Positions 1 to 11,117 are shown, numbered from the stretch's first letter. The stretch is DNA of 64,000 nt from a virus (IMGVR_UViG_3300020185_000014:52070-116069); one strand, 5' to 3'. The notes: generated by a model from the sequence alone, not told the origin. Translations and numbers: made by a program.

Positions 1-1290
1 CGGATATGTAAATGACGCTGACAAACTCGTATCGCTCGCTGTTCTCGTTGTGGTATATTCCGTTCCGGACACGCTCGCCGGTCGTGTAAAGGCAGTCGAT
101 AATTGTACAGACCGCCCACCGTTATTATCTTTATGAATCGGATTGGTGAAAGTAAATGTACCAGAATTCAACACATTACTGACCGACCCGCCCGTTGCTG
201 TAACCGTATTTACCCTGTTGCTATTGTTCGATATTCCGGAAGTCGATACGTTATATGCGGTTGACGTATACGTTTCTAGAAATGTTTTGCCGCTCAAATT
301 AGACATCGAAATTGAATTAGAAACACTTGACCAATTAAAACTAATCGTCGCCGTTTGGGATATAATGCCGCCCAAGTCGTTATTAAATTCGACAGTGGCG
401 CTTGCGCTCCCGCCAGTGTGATTGCTGCTGTTTGAATATATTTGAGAGATAGCATTAGTCGTAAATGATTGCGTCCAATCGACGGTTCCGGCAGGTGGCA
501 GAGATGGACCAGATGACGTATAATCGCCAACGTCAGGGTCAATAATGCCGTTGATGCTTTTCAGCAAGGGTGCGACAGAAGCAACATACTGCGAAGGAAA
601 GTCGTCGGGGTTTGAAACACTAACCGCCCAAGTGGATGCCGGCGTATCCCACGTCAAACTTTGACCATTCGCCGAGACTGTTGGACTGAACGATGCAAGT
701 TCAAGTTGTAATAATCCGCTTGCATTGAATTGAGATCGCCTAACAACATAAGAAGTGTCGTTCTCAATCCAACCAGTGTTAATTCTCAGGTCGCCCTCTG
801 TTTCCCAAACCAAATTTGGAACAAAAGTTTCGACTCTTGCGTTAATGTAATCTGAATCGATTAAAGCAAAAACGCCGTATGAATCAACTGCTGGGTCGAC
901 TCTTGTGTTAATATATGCAGAGTCGATTGCTGTCGTGATTAATGATATAGTCGAGACCGAATCAATACCAACATCGCCGACCCTGGTTGTGACATAGTCA
1001 GAGTCAACCAGGGAGAATATATCACCAGAATCCAAACCATATTTTATGAGAGTGTTTATTTTCGGCGGTGGACTGCCGATGATGATTCTGTCGATCAGAG
1101 TTTGATTTGAGATAACTTTAGTCGCGGAAGAAGCGCCGACCGCAATGATGTTTGCTTGAGGTACTGCATCGGGTAGACTAATCTGGGAAGCAGAAGAACC
1201 GACAATAACTTTTTGCACTATTGTCTGTTTTGATAGAACCTTCTTAACAGTAGGATTATCAACAACAATGTTAAATACGTGTGATGTCAT
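1..1290 (-). CDS. Virion structural/fibre-like protein, runs off the left edge (not in the ORF track)
   Basis: ATG at 1290 (MTSHVFNIVVDNPTVKKVLS...); frame read by eye appears open to position 1; DS-x-Y repeats then S/T-rich region; late promoter at 1327-1334. Confidence 0.8.
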   Translation of the reverse strand, partial: MTSHVFNIVVDNPTVKKVLSKQTIVQKVIVGSSASQISLPDAVPQANIIAVGASSATKVISNQTLIDRIIIGSPPPKINTLIKYGLDSGDIFSLVDSDYVTTRVGDVGIDSVSTISLITTAIDSAYINTRVDPAVDSYGVFALIDSDYINARVETFVPNLVWETEGDLRINTGWIENDTSYVVRRSQFNASGLLQLELASFSPTVSANGQSLTWDTPASTWAVSVSNPDDFPSQYVASVAPLLKSINGIIDPDVGDYTSSGPSLPPAGTVDWTQSFTTNAISQIYSNSSNHTGGSASATVEFNNDLGGIISQTATISFNWSSVSNSISMSNLSGKTFLETYTSTAYNVSTSGISNNSNRVNTVTATGGSVSNVLNSGTFTFTNPIHKDNNGGRSVQLSTAFTRPASVSGTEYTTTRTASDTSLSASFTYP

Positions 1291-1326
1291 TACGCCGAGC
1301 GCCCAAAAATAAAAAATTCTAAGAAC

Positions 1327-1334
1327 TATTTATA
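1327..1334 (-). promoter_or_regulatory. T4-type late promoter TATAAATA
   Basis: Exact TATAAATA on the minus strand in the gap upstream of the 1290 start. Confidence 0.75.
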
Positions 1335-1349
1335 AGTTCCAAGGATCCT

Positions 1350-1706
1350 TTATTTTGTGACAGATGGTGTCACAAATATTTGTCCTTCCATAATACGCTC
1401 AGTGATCGTATTGGTGTCGCTGTCTACATGAGAAATTTCTACATCATAAACATACTTCCTCTTCGCTTTGAGCGAATCGGTTTGGGCGTTAGTTAACGAA
1501 AGGTTGACGATGCCGTTAGCTTCCGGAGTAACAATTTCAATAGCGAACGCAGTTTTATCTGAATCGGTTGCGCTATAACTAGGACTCAATTTTGCCGCCA
1601 CAGTGAAATCGCTCAAATCTTTTGGCGTATTATCCGAATTGACTAAGTGCAATTGGACCGCTAAATCGCTTCCTTGGTCGATTGTTAAATCTTTATAATG
1701 TGCCAT
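1350..1706 (-). CDS. Small virion structural protein (Ig/BppU-like)
   Basis: LTIDQGSD...LSLTNAQT...YVYDVEI...EGQIFVTPSVT pattern typical of marine T4-like structural genes. Confidence 0.65.
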   Translation of the reverse strand: MAHYKDLTIDQGSDLAVQLHLVNSDNTPKDLSDFTVAAKLSPSYSATDSDKTAFAIEIVTPEANGIVNLSLTNAQTDSLKAKRKYVYDVEISHVDSDTNTITERIMEGQIFVTPSVTK

Positions 1707-1741
1707 ATTGTTCTCTTTAAATTATTTTTTGATACCAATAT

Positions 1742-3664
1742 TTATTGTAATCCGCCACCGCCAAAACCACCACCTTCGATATCAGATAATGCTGTTGCCT
1801 GCAACGACCATTGCGTATCCACTACTCTATCCGTTTCGCCGCTTTTGCTAAAAGTTAATCTTACACTTCCATCGTTTTGTTGGTTTATTTCTCCTTCGCT
1901 AGTTCCAGAAAGGGCAGTGAGTCCGAACCATAACGCTCTCTTTCCCTTACTTCCGGATGTAACTCCTTGAGCAGAAGTAGTGATACCATCAAAATTATCA
2001 TCAACGGTAGAGTGGTTTGCGACAAATGTTATTGCCCTTGCAGTCGGTGATGTCTCCCAATTGACTTGCTCGCTCAACGAATACTTAACGGTCCATCCGG
2101 CAGAAGCAATATCGTTCAACCTAAAACATTCTCGTCTATTACTATAATCTGTTCCGGTTTCTGGTATCGCAGTCATCGTACTCGTGTTGGTGGTTCCTTC
2201 GGATTTATATAAAATAGACACGGTGCTGCTATTTCCAGCACCGGTCAGAACAGTACCTGCCCCAGCGGCATATACTATAATGTCCGACCCAGATTCTTCA
2301 ACCATTAAATATCCTTCGCATCTAGATGCGGCAGTAGTACCACCAGTAGATACAATACTGCTCATGGAAACTGTATATGGGTTTGTTGAATGGAGCGGAT
2401 AAACATCCATAGTAGAAGTCACCGGATCCGACGCCGTCGAACTGGTATCGTTAATGACAACAGTATCGGATACGCTTCCAGTTGCTGTAGAATTACTATC
2501 TGTCGATGCTAATGTTAGGGTTACAGTTTCTGCACCTTCGGTCGTAGCATCAGCGTTTGCTGTAAACGAAACAGAACCAGTGTTGTTATTGATTGTAATT
2601 GTACCAGTTAGTGAAGACAAACTAATATCGTTTACAGAAACCCCAGTGATTGTATATCCGACCGTCACCCCATTTGAGATATTCGCAGTCGTCACCGTAA
2701 AGGTCGCGGCAGAAGAACCATCTTCATTGATCGAAGCAACGTCAAAGATTCCGCTAACATAAGTTGGTACGGCAGGTGTCGTGCTAGTATCGTTAATGAC
2801 AACAGTATCGGATACGCTTCCAACGTCCAATGCTAAGGTCAACGTCTCCGCGCCTTCGGTCGTAGCATCAGCGTTTGCTGTAAATGAAACAGAACCAGTG
2901 TTGCTATTAATTGTAATTGTTCCGGTTAAAGATGGTAGACTAATATCGTTTGCTGTAATTCCTGTGCCGGAAATAGTGTAACCGAGATTCGTACCATTCG
3001 GAACATTCGCAGTCGTCACCGTAAAGGTTGCTGCAGAAGAACCATCTTCATTGATCGAAGCAACGTCGAAGGAACCTGCATATGTTGCTGATGCGGGTGT
3101 TAAACTCGTATCAGTAACTTCTATGGTAGCTGTGTCGAGAACATTGGAATAACCTGTATCTGTTGATAATGCAACTTCCAGAGTAAATGATTCGGTTCCC
3201 TCGGTTGTATTATCTTCAACAACTTCGACTGTAAAACTTTGTGAAGAAATATTGAATGGCGCGCCGCTAAAGACGGTACTGAACGATCCCGAACTTGCAG
3301 TAAAATCAGATCCTCCGGACACGATTCTCCAGATAAAAGTTTTCGCTCCGCCAGAGTTATTTTCTATGAATGAGAAGGTTTGCTGGCGATCATTAGTTTC
3401 GTTCTTTATTACAGATTCCGGCGTTAATGCATATGAAGAATAGACGACACCATACTCCGCGTTTCTAAATTCGTGTATACTAATCGTCGACGCATCTGTT
3501 GCATCGATACCCGTCCCGTGCAAGTCAGAATAGGTTGCGTTCAAAGTGAGACCGGTCGCATTGCGAATATCGGTATCGTTTAACGAAACTTCTGTCTGGT
3601 GGGTTCCTCCGACAGCAACGTGGATATCGTTAAGCGATATATCATTTATTGGTATATTAGCCAT
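1742..3664 (-). CDS. Fibre/adhesin with Calx-beta-like Ig repeats
   Basis: Repeated ADATTEGAET...VVINDTS units and SINEDG motifs; fibre-gene context. Confidence 0.75.
   Translation of the reverse strand: MANIPINDISLNDIHVAVGGTHQTEVSLNDTDIRNATGLTLNATYSDLHGTGIDATDASTISIHEFRNAEYGVVYSSYALTPESVIKNETNDRQQTFSFIENNSGGAKTFIWRIVSGGSDFTASSGSFSTVFSGAPFNISSQSFTVEVVEDNTTEGTESFTLEVALSTDTGYSNVLDTATIEVTDTSLTPASATYAGSFDVASINEDGSSAATFTVTTANVPNGTNLGYTISGTGITANDISLPSLTGTITINSNTGSVSFTANADATTEGAETLTLALDVGSVSDTVVINDTSTTPAVPTYVSGIFDVASINEDGSSAATFTVTTANISNGVTVGYTITGVSVNDISLSSLTGTITINNNTGSVSFTANADATTEGAETVTLTLASTDSNSTATGSVSDTVVINDTSSTASDPVTSTMDVYPLHSTNPYTVSMSSIVSTGGTTAASRCEGYLMVEESGSDIIVYAAGAGTVLTGAGNSSTVSILYKSEGTTNTSTMTAIPETGTDYSNRRECFRLNDIASAGWTVKYSLSEQVNWETSPTARAITFVANHSTVDDNFDGITTSAQGVTSGSKGKRALWFGLTALSGTSEGEINQQNDGSVRLTFSKSGETDRVVDTQWSLQATALSDIEGGGFGGGGLQ
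2445..3070. repeat. Internal duplication of a ~320-340 bp Calx-beta-like unit
   Basis: gtatcgttaatgacaacagtatcggatacgcttcca at ~2445 and ~2787; ccttcggtcgtagcatcagcgtttgctgtaaa at ~2535 and ~2853. Confidence 0.9.
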
Positions 3665-3675
3665 TGTATATTATA

Positions 3676-5619
3676 TCAAAGTTTCTTGTTGATTTCGTGT
3701 ATTGCTGATTGATTTCTAATACCGATGTTTTTAGCATTAGTGACCAGAGATTTTAACTCTTTGATTTCTTGTCTCAGTTTAGCGATCTCGTCAAGGTCGA
3801 CCGCGGATGGCGTTTCTTGTACAGTATTAGTTACACTCGTCAATTTAGTTCCGCCCTGTTCTAGAACATCAATCCGACTTGAGAGTTTCTTCGCCTCTTC
3901 TGCGCTCGCAGATAGAACGGTCAGTTCTTTGATCGCTTCGACTAAGACCGGAATCACCCCTTCGTATTTGACGGCAAGTTTTCCGTCGGTCGGACGTTTA
4001 ACCACAATGTCCGGAATGACTTTAATAACTTGTTGAGCGAGTAACCCGATGTCGTGCCGTCTAACATAATATCCATCAATCCCGCCGCGCTGGTGTATAA
4101 CTTCCTCGGTCCAGTCGAAAGAAATGCCGTCGAGTTGCCTAATGACTTCGAGGGGGTTCGGTATTCTTCTAATGTTTTCTTTCATCGTTATATCAGAAGA
4201 TGAATATGCAACCACGTTCGAGGCAGACCTAATCTCTCCAGATGCAACTATAGTTCCACCCGTACCCTGCGTTGTAATTGAACCAGTGATTTGAATATTA
4301 CCATCACCGGTGATGTCGTTAGAATTTACATCCAATCCACCGCCTAACTGTGGTGTTGTATCCTCAACAACACTAGCGATACCGGAGCTCGTATTGCCGA
4401 CCAGATCAGCGCTATTCAACCATTCGCCGTTCGAATATTTCAAAACTTGACCGTCGGACGGATTCGTGATAGTAACGTCACCGATATTTTCTAGATTGTC
4501 AATAACTGCATCGGGCACAGATGTTAAGTAATTCTGATTGGCGACCCATGTTGTTGTAGCATAAGATGCAAGATCGGTTGCTATTAGGTAATTCTGCTCG
4601 CCAACCCATGTTTCGGTCGCGTATCCGCTAGGAATACTGGTTAAGTAATTTTGCTCGCCGACCCATGTTTCGGTCGCGTATCCGCTAGGAATACTGGTTA
4701 AGTAATTTTGCTCGCCGACCCATGTTTCGGTTGCATAATCCTGATCAATTACCCAATTTTGCAAAGAATCTAATCCATCGGATAATGAGGTGAGTGCCGC
4801 GCTCGGGTCAAAATTACCAGCGTGGTAAATTACGTTTTCAGTTATGCCATCAATCGTATGTACGAATCCATTGGCGTCCGGCGTCCAAATCGCAACCTTA
4901 TCCGCAACATCATTCTCTGCCTTGATATACAACCTCAGATCTTCGCTTCCTGGATTTAAAACATCAGCATAAATCCATAAACGATCTCCGCCGCCGGTAT
5001 CAAAATCATTTAATCCGAACTGCACTCCATTATCAGAACCATGAGGAACCTGTATTCTACGATCCGCCCTAAGTTTAGGAATAGCATCTTCGGTGACCAG
5101 CGACAACCCAAGACTAGCGGAATCAATATAATTTTTATCCAGGACCCATGTTTCGGTTGCTACGCTTGAATAGAAACTAGGATCATCCCCAATCGCCGCA
5201 GCAATTTCGTTTAACGTGTCTAGAGTTTCAGGTGCACCGTCAATCAGATTAGATATTTGAGTCGCTACATAAGTTTCTGTGGCAAAGGTGCTCGAGAAAA
5301 CAATCTGAGATTCGGCGATGGAAAGATCACTTTGAAACTGGGTTATATCCGCCGCTAAGAGCCCCGTAGTGTTCCACAGGGCGGTGTTGATATCATACCT
5401 AATGAATTGCCCGTCCAGTGGAGTTTCTGCTTGGACGTCCTGCAGTTCCATCAGGAGAGGCAAATTACCGCCGAGATTAATTTCATTAATCGCCGAAACC
5501 AGATCGCTATTCGCAGAGGTTGTTAAACTAACCAAGTCACCTTGGTATGCAGCGACTTGGTTAAACTTGATTCGCCAAGAGTTGATTGTGTCTGTTAATT
5601 GTGCTGCAACTATTGCCAT
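3676..5619 (-). CDS. Tail fibre with C-terminal intramolecular chaperone (peptidase S74-like)
   Basis: TDTINSWRIKFN N-terminus; APETLDTLNEIAAAI and DTTPQLGGGLDVN fibre motifs; SDITMKENI...FDW...IGLLAQQV...VKYEGVIPVLVEAIKEL chaperone. Confidence 0.85.
   Translation of the reverse strand: MAIVAAQLTDTINSWRIKFNQVAAYQGDLVSLTTSANSDLVSAINEINLGGNLPLLMELQDVQAETPLDGQFIRYDINTALWNTTGLLAADITQFQSDLSIAESQIVFSSTFATETYVATQISNLIDGAPETLDTLNEIAAAIGDDPSFYSSVATETWVLDKNYIDSASLGLSLVTEDAIPKLRADRRIQVPHGSDNGVQFGLNDFDTGGGDRLWIYADVLNPGSEDLRLYIKAENDVADKVAIWTPDANGFVHTIDGITENVIYHAGNFDPSAALTSLSDGLDSLQNWVIDQDYATETWVGEQNYLTSIPSGYATETWVGEQNYLTSIPSGYATETWVGEQNYLIATDLASYATTTWVANQNYLTSVPDAVIDNLENIGDVTITNPSDGQVLKYSNGEWLNSADLVGNTSSGIASVVEDTTPQLGGGLDVNSNDITGDGNIQITGSITTQGTGGTIVASGEIRSASNVVAYSSSDITMKENIRRIPNPLEVIRQLDGISFDWTEEVIHQRGGIDGYYVRRHDIGLLAQQVIKVIPDIVVKRPTDGKLAVKYEGVIPVLVEAIKELTVLSASAEEAKKLSSRIDVLEQGGTKLTSVTNTVQETPSAVDLDEIAKLRQEIKELKSLVTNAKNIGIRNQSAIHEINKKL
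4588..4732. repeat. 57-bp coding tandem repeat, ~2.5 copies (YATETWVGEQNYLTSIPSG)
   Basis: acccatgtttcggt at 4604, 4661 and 4718; two full units identical. Confidence 0.95.
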
Positions 5620-5846
5620 TACTTATTCTCGATTAATTGTAATAGAAGGGTTTTAATCTCGCTGATTTCTTCTTTTAACTCTAAGACAGTTTGATTAATT
5701 TCTTCTTGTTCTTGGAGTTTTTTGCGTTTAATCAACTTCCTCGCTCGTGCCATTTCTATTTCATGACTGTCAACATTAACATATAATCCGGTTTTATTAT
5801 TCTTAACAAGTCCAGGAAACCCATCAACTTTTAAATATTCACTCAT
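5619..5846 (-). CDS. Small coiled-coil hypothetical protein
   Basis: YLKVDGFPGLVK N-terminus; abuts both neighbours. Confidence 0.7.
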   Translation of the reverse strand: MSEYLKVDGFPGLVKNNKTGLYVNVDSHEIEMARARKLIKRKKLQEQEEINQTVLELKEEISEIKTLLLQLIENK

Positions 5847-5849
5847 ATT

Positions 5850-8800
5850 TTATGTCGCCAGGAATTTGATTCTCAGGTCTTTGATCATCGGAACAGCAGA
5901 TGAATTGGTAGACTTCATGACGATCTTGAACTGCGCTCTGTTAAACGAAGGCAACGTACCGCCGATTCCTCCAGGCAATGCTTCTGCCTCGGAGAACGCA
6001 GAAGCAGAAGCACTATGTACTAGTCTAGATTCTGTCGCTATACTTACCCAATTCAAATCTCGAATATTCTGCCCGTCCGTTCCTGTTCTATAATAGACTT
6101 CAATATCTGCTTCTGGCGGGAGGTTGTACTTAAACAACACCTGCGCGCCGACCGCATCATTCACCAAGTCATAGACGTTGGTGATGTGCTTCGCGGCAGC
6201 AGTTCCATCCCTCGGGTCTGTCTCTGAAACTGTATCTAGGTTTGAATTATTATCGATGCAGTTTCCAACCAACGTTAATGAACAACGCTGGAGATCTACC
6301 ACAGGAGACACATAATCGTTACCGCTCTTCAAGTCAACCTTAATAGTCGCCGAAGAATTACCAGACATGTATGCAGTTTCGTTTGTTCCGTTTGCTATAA
6401 TTCTCGGATTGGCGTATGTGTTATTCTCGTTAGACGAAATCCTGCTGAAGAACGTGTCTTGTACATATTTGGTTTCTGACCCAGATATAGATTTACCTGT
6501 GGATAATTTACTCGAAACGACAACAGATGTTGAGTTCGGAATAATATTATCAGATTTGACATTCAGAACATCAAACTGGATATTTCTTCCTGCGACAACT
6601 TTCGTGCCGCCCACATAAGAACTAAGGGTAGCGCTGGTCCCGACATTAAACGAATATCCATCAATACCTGCCGCTGTAATAGTATGGTTACCATTTAACG
6701 CTGAACCTATGATACCGGCATAAGTTGTTGTGGGCGTTAACCCTGAAATAATCGCCTGTTCGCCGACATCCAAACCGTGACACATGTGTTTCACAGTCAC
6801 CACATCACTGCCGTTCGTTGTTTTAATTGGGTTTTCTTTAAGGAGTTTTCCTGGAACACTAGCGTTATTCAGCAATAAACTTCCGTTGGTTTTGAAACTT
6901 GCTCTTGACGTCGAGAACATTAAGTTCATCGCGCCCGAAGGATTCCAAGTAGTGCCAACCTGCGGCATAAAAAATTGACCAGTCGTTTCTTGTGAAGCAA
7001 CTTTCTTTGACGTCGAACCGAGAACATAGTCTTTAACGTCACCAACATATATCTTATAATCTGATGAAGGCGAACTGACAACTAATGCATATTCCGTCCA
7101 AGGACTCAGGTATATCGGTTCTTCGAATACAAAGGAAGTTGGACTCGAGGCGACAGTCGCGAGCAAAGTTGAAGACGTTTCAACAACAACATTAACGTCA
7201 GCGCTGTTAACCACAACTGATGATCCTGGTACAGCAATTTCTGTTGAAGGCGCGCCGTTAATAATTGGTCGAAGTTTCAACATTACGGGAAGATAATCAT
7301 CCTTCGCGCTGAAGAATAAATCGATCTTCGTTAAGACCACACCGAACTGATTGTCCACATAAAAACTTTGTGCCATTGGGTTTTCAGATACCGATACCGC
7401 GTCAGTCGACGTTAATGACAATTGATTCGTATCAGTGTTAACATAGTCGGAAAGAATCGCTGACATGTTTGCTGCATACGTGCTCGGGTTAACACCCGCG
7501 ACTGCCTGTTGGTTTTCGCCAATTAAATGTGGTTGTTCCAACATAATATCAGCAGGGTCAATTCCGTCAAGATAGTTTCTTATATCTCTACCTCTGTATG
7601 AAATCGGCATTGATGTATTGCTATACACTGCGGACACTGGTTCAACATCGCGAGTTGAAGTTACATTTTGTTGATTATTATCAAACACACCTGCCGTAGT
7701 GTAATGCGCAACCGCTTTACTTCCCGCAGCATTATAATCGTTTGTCGTGATATCTAATAGTTTGAATTCTTTTCTACCCGCGCGGAAACGATTAGTCGTC
7801 GTAGATGGAATAAAGAAGGAACCAATTATCTCGCCCTTTTGATCAGAGACCAAAGGAGTAGAACCATCAGGATGACTCACAATACCGAGATCAGCATAAG
7901 TTCCGCCAAGGTCATCGTTTGTTTCTGATACTCGTACAAAGGTAGATTCTTCACGGCACCAATCGTCAAAACGTTTGCCGTCAAAGAAAGGAATAAATCT
8001 AGTGTTGGGTTTCAACCCAGAAACTTTAAAGAAGACTTTCTTTGAACGAATCCAAGGGACTAAAGCGACATCAACATAATTGTTGCCGTATCGCGTGCGA
8101 ATAGTTTCTGAAAAGAATACGCGATTAACATGCCCTGCAGAAGAATGCCTGTCGCTGGGTTTTGCCGCAGATGACGTGTAAGTATCTTTCGCAGGTAAAC
8201 CTGCTCGCGCGCCAACGCCGTTTTGATTCCTAGGGTAAACTGATTCTGCGGGTTGGTGTAAATCTTCTCCACTTCTTCCCGACCAGTTCCATTCCCACTC
8301 GTTCCAGAGCAATGCTTCATTTGTATCGAAACGTGTTGCTCCATCAATAGCATGATTGGACCCGACTCCCGTCTGCTTCCAATCATCTGAGGCAGGAGAA
8401 AGAGTCAACTCGCCCACATATGCATGACTGTTGAATGGGTTGACCGCAATTGATTTTGATGCGAGTGTGTTAAATTTCCATGACGCAGAGTCATACGACA
8501 AATACACATTATCGCCCCGTACCACAACACCGCTCGACGAACCATTATCGATAACTAACCTGATGTTGTCTTCGTCGAATCCAGGACGTAGAGTTTTGCT
8601 TTCGGGATCGATCGCTCCGGAGTATTCTTTCGAACCAGTATCAGAACCAATTTGATCGCTAAAATCATCAACCACAAATCCAGACTCTAATCTTAACTCT
8701 CCGTCTGAATCAAACAATTGAGATAGTTTACTTTCCATTTCTAGAAAACTTAACGAGGTAGATTGTTCTAGTTTATCGACTTTGTTTTCTAGATCTCGAA

Positions 8801-11117
8801 TATCCGCCATCGTATATCGTCGATGATCAACTTGAGTGACGCTGATGTCTTTAGCGTCGAACGTATTTGCATTAAGAACAACTTTGTACAATGTCAAAGC
8901 ATTCTCGGGAGTTGCTTTGAATTTAGGATGTTCATCTTGCTCACCCATCAGTAACGAGAGTTCACCGTTCTGATCAATCAGCACTTTATCCGCTCTTGGT
9001 AAATAGTATTCAACATCCGCAGTTAAGTTATTGGTGTTAGGCGGCAACTCTTTAGTGTTAACAAACGTTCCGTCAGCATTTTTGTCTGGGCGAAAATCAA
9101 TTACATTCCGCAGAGAAACTTTCGTGCCGTCTGTTTGTGTGTAAGTTGGAATATCTTTATAATCAATACCGCTGAAAGATTGCGAAGAATAAAAATTACC
9201 GGAAGACGTTCTTGTAAAATATTTAAACTTAACAAAAATCGAAGTCGTCGGAGCGTCAGTCTCTTTTAGGATTAACCGCCCTTGCTCGTAGTAGTTATCT
9301 CGCTGTCCGTCGTCTAACGCAAACATAGGAGATAGATCTTCGCCGCTAATATCGACAGCTGTAATTTGACTAACCGAGTAAATGTCGAAGAGACCGAGGT
9401 CGACATACCGCGTACCGTCCGAACCAGTCGTTAATGAATACGTTTGCTGATGTTCGACTAAATTCTTCATCGCAACCGCGCCGCTTGAATTGTTCACTAC
9501 GGCATAGATTGTATAATTGATGTTTAAACTTAATCCTGATATTTGAGCAGTTCGATTGTTGTTCGAAAGCGTAACCGTCAATGCTTGTCGCGTTGTCGAA
9601 TCACGGGCAGCGATCCAAGAAGATGTGTCTGTAAAAGATTCTGTTCCACTAACAGAAATCGTTGCAGTGCCCGATGAATTTGTTAGAGATACGAACGCGC
9701 GTTGGGTGTTAATACTGATTGAAGTAATCGATCCTGGTCTTGGTCTTGGCAATGAGAACAATAAATTGTCGTTCGCAGCATCTTGCATTTTCAGACCCTG
9801 TGCGGATGAAGCAACCACAGTAAAATATTTACCTGTGTCTCCGACGCTGCGGATATCTCGTAATTGACCTGTGGTCATAACAACATCAAGAAGATATACT
9901 TTTAAATTCGCCCCATGCGTCTCGACCGATTTGATCTTTGCTGTGCCGGCGGCACCGGTAGCATTTGATGATGTGTATAAATTAACAGAACTGAATAACG
10001 ATGGTAAACCTTGATTGCCGTCGGCGATTAGATAATTTCCATAATCAACATTAATTGAATTGTTTTGTACTGTTTGAGTTTTGGTTGGTTTCGGAAACAC
10101 TAACCGAGTCGACGATGGCGTGTGCGCTCTATGACCTTTAACATATGCAGTACCAGCAGATACCACTAAATCTAATTTAGATGCATCTGTGTTATCTTCC
10201 ATATGCATAAAGAACGGTTCTGAAATATAATTACCAGATTCTTCAAACGTTCTTTGTGCGAGAAGATTTTTGATTTGATTATAACCTTCGAAAGAAGATA
10301 CAGTATCGACAATGATATTATTCTCAACTGACGCAACCTTGATGAAGGTTTCATCTGATTGCACGTCTGATTCTTCAACCAAGACTAAGTTGATTCTGTA
10401 TCGATCTGCGCCAGGAGATGAAGTGTTCGGGTTATCGCCAGCATTATCGTACAAAGTAGAATCGTCGTCGACAGTTACAATATCCTGTACTACTTTATAT
10501 CCAACTGAAGCATTGATACCGCTGCTTGTATATTTGCTCAAGAAAATACTTTGTTTACTAGCATGGACAAAATGACCGACCGCAAAAAAGTCACCCTCGT
10601 CGATGGTAAATTCTGTTCCGCTTCCGACTTCAGAGACGGTCATTGACCAACCGCCGCCGACTAAGATCTCTCCAGGAATAAATTCTGTGGTGGTTGCGCC
10701 CGTATTTTCAGTACCCTGTGAAATGTATTGGACATAAACTGTATTTGGATCAGAGTTCGCTGCAGAAACAGCAAGGATTATCTTCGCCTCAATTCCCGCA
10801 GCACTGCCCGTGACTGTTAATCCAGCGGGTATTGCCGAAAAAGAAGTTTGACCAGATGGCGCCGAGAAAGCAGAAATTTTAGCAAACCGTTTCTTCGAGT
10901 TAATGTGGGTCGAACCGGCATTAACCGCAGCGCCGCCTTTAAAGACGTTCTCGCCGAGTCTTTGCATTTCTTTTTGAAGGATAGTTTGAAGTTGCGTTAA
11001 TTCTCTTGCTTGCAGCGCTTTGCCGCTCCTGAAAAGAATTTTATGAAATCCTTTTTCTTCGTCCCAATCATCCTTATAGGTTGTTGAGAGAGTATTCTTA
11101 TTGTACGTCGTTGGCAT
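5850..11117 (-). CDS. Large virion structural protein (DUF4815/VrlC-like)
   Basis: YKDDW...ILFRSGKALQARELTQLQTILQ, PGADRYRI, RTFEESGNY, GFVVDDF, PMAQSF motifs; follows gp8. Confidence 0.85.
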   Translation of the reverse strand: MPTTYNKNTLSTTYKDDWDEEKGFHKILFRSGKALQARELTQLQTILQKEMQRLGENVFKGGAAVNAGSTHINSKKRFAKISAFSAPSGQTSFSAIPAGLTVTGSAAGIEAKIILAVSAANSDPNTVYVQYISQGTENTGATTTEFIPGEILVGGGWSMTVSEVGSGTEFTIDEGDFFAVGHFVHASKQSIFLSKYTSSGINASVGYKVVQDIVTVDDDSTLYDNAGDNPNTSSPGADRYRINLVLVEESDVQSDETFIKVASVENNIIVDTVSSFEGYNQIKNLLAQRTFEESGNYISEPFFMHMEDNTDASKLDLVVSAGTAYVKGHRAHTPSSTRLVFPKPTKTQTVQNNSINVDYGNYLIADGNQGLPSLFSSVNLYTSSNATGAAGTAKIKSVETHGANLKVYLLDVVMTTGQLRDIRSVGDTGKYFTVVASSAQGLKMQDAANDNLLFSLPRPRPGSITSISINTQRAFVSLTNSSGTATISVSGTESFTDTSSWIAARDSTTRQALTVTLSNNNRTAQISGLSLNINYTIYAVVNNSSGAVAMKNLVEHQQTYSLTTGSDGTRYVDLGLFDIYSVSQITAVDISGEDLSPMFALDDGQRDNYYEQGRLILKETDAPTTSIFVKFKYFTRTSSGNFYSSQSFSGIDYKDIPTYTQTDGTKVSLRNVIDFRPDKNADGTFVNTKELPPNTNNLTADVEYYLPRADKVLIDQNGELSLLMGEQDEHPKFKATPENALTLYKVVLNANTFDAKDISVTQVDHRRYTMADIRDLENKVDKLEQSTSLSFLEMESKLSQLFDSDGELRLESGFVVDDFSDQIGSDTGSKEYSGAIDPESKTLRPGFDEDNIRLVIDNGSSSGVVVRGDNVYLSYDSASWKFNTLASKSIAVNPFNSHAYVGELTLSPASDDWKQTGVGSNHAIDGATRFDTNEALLWNEWEWNWSGRSGEDLHQPAESVYPRNQNGVGARAGLPAKDTYTSSAAKPSDRHSSAGHVNRVFFSETIRTRYGNNYVDVALVPWIRSKKVFFKVSGLKPNTRFIPFFDGKRFDDWCREESTFVRVSETNDDLGGTYADLGIVSHPDGSTPLVSDQKGEIIGSFFIPSTTTNRFRAGRKEFKLLDITTNDYNAAGSKAVAHYTTAGVFDNNQQNVTSTRDVEPVSAVYSNTSMPISYRGRDIRNYLDGIDPADIMLEQPHLIGENQQAVAGVNPSTYAANMSAILSDYVNTDTNQLSLTSTDAVSVSENPMAQSFYVDNQFGVVLTKIDLFFSAKDDYLPVMLKLRPIINGAPSTEIAVPGSSVVVNSADVNVVVETSSTLLATVASSPTSFVFEEPIYLSPWTEYALVVSSPSSDYKIYVGDVKDYVLGSTSKKVASQETTGQFFMPQVGTTWNPSGAMNLMFSTSRASFKTNGSLLLNNASVPGKLLKENPIKTTNGSDVVTVKHMCHGLDVGEQAIISGLTPTTTYAGIIGSALNGNHTITAAGIDGYSFNVGTSATLSSYVGGTKVVAGRNIQFDVLNVKSDNIIPNSTSVVVSSKLSTGKSISGSETKYVQDTFFSRISSNENNTYANPRIIANGTNETAYMSGNSSATIKVDLKSGNDYVSPVVDLQRCSLTLVGNCIDNNSNLDTVSETDPRDGTAAAKHITNVYDLVNDAVGAQVLFKYNLPPEADIEVYYRTGTDGQNIRDLNWVSIATESRLVHSASASAFSEAEALPGGIGGTLPSFNRAQFKIVMKSTNSSAVPMIKDLRIKFLAT

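Noticed and set aside
4588-4732. CRISPR-like array
   Set aside because: The units are contiguous, in-frame 57-bp coding repeats with no unique spacers, and no cas genes are present.
1742-5619. Diversity-generating retroelement target in the fibre genes
   Set aside because: No reverse transcriptase in the window, and repeat differences are not adenine-specific.
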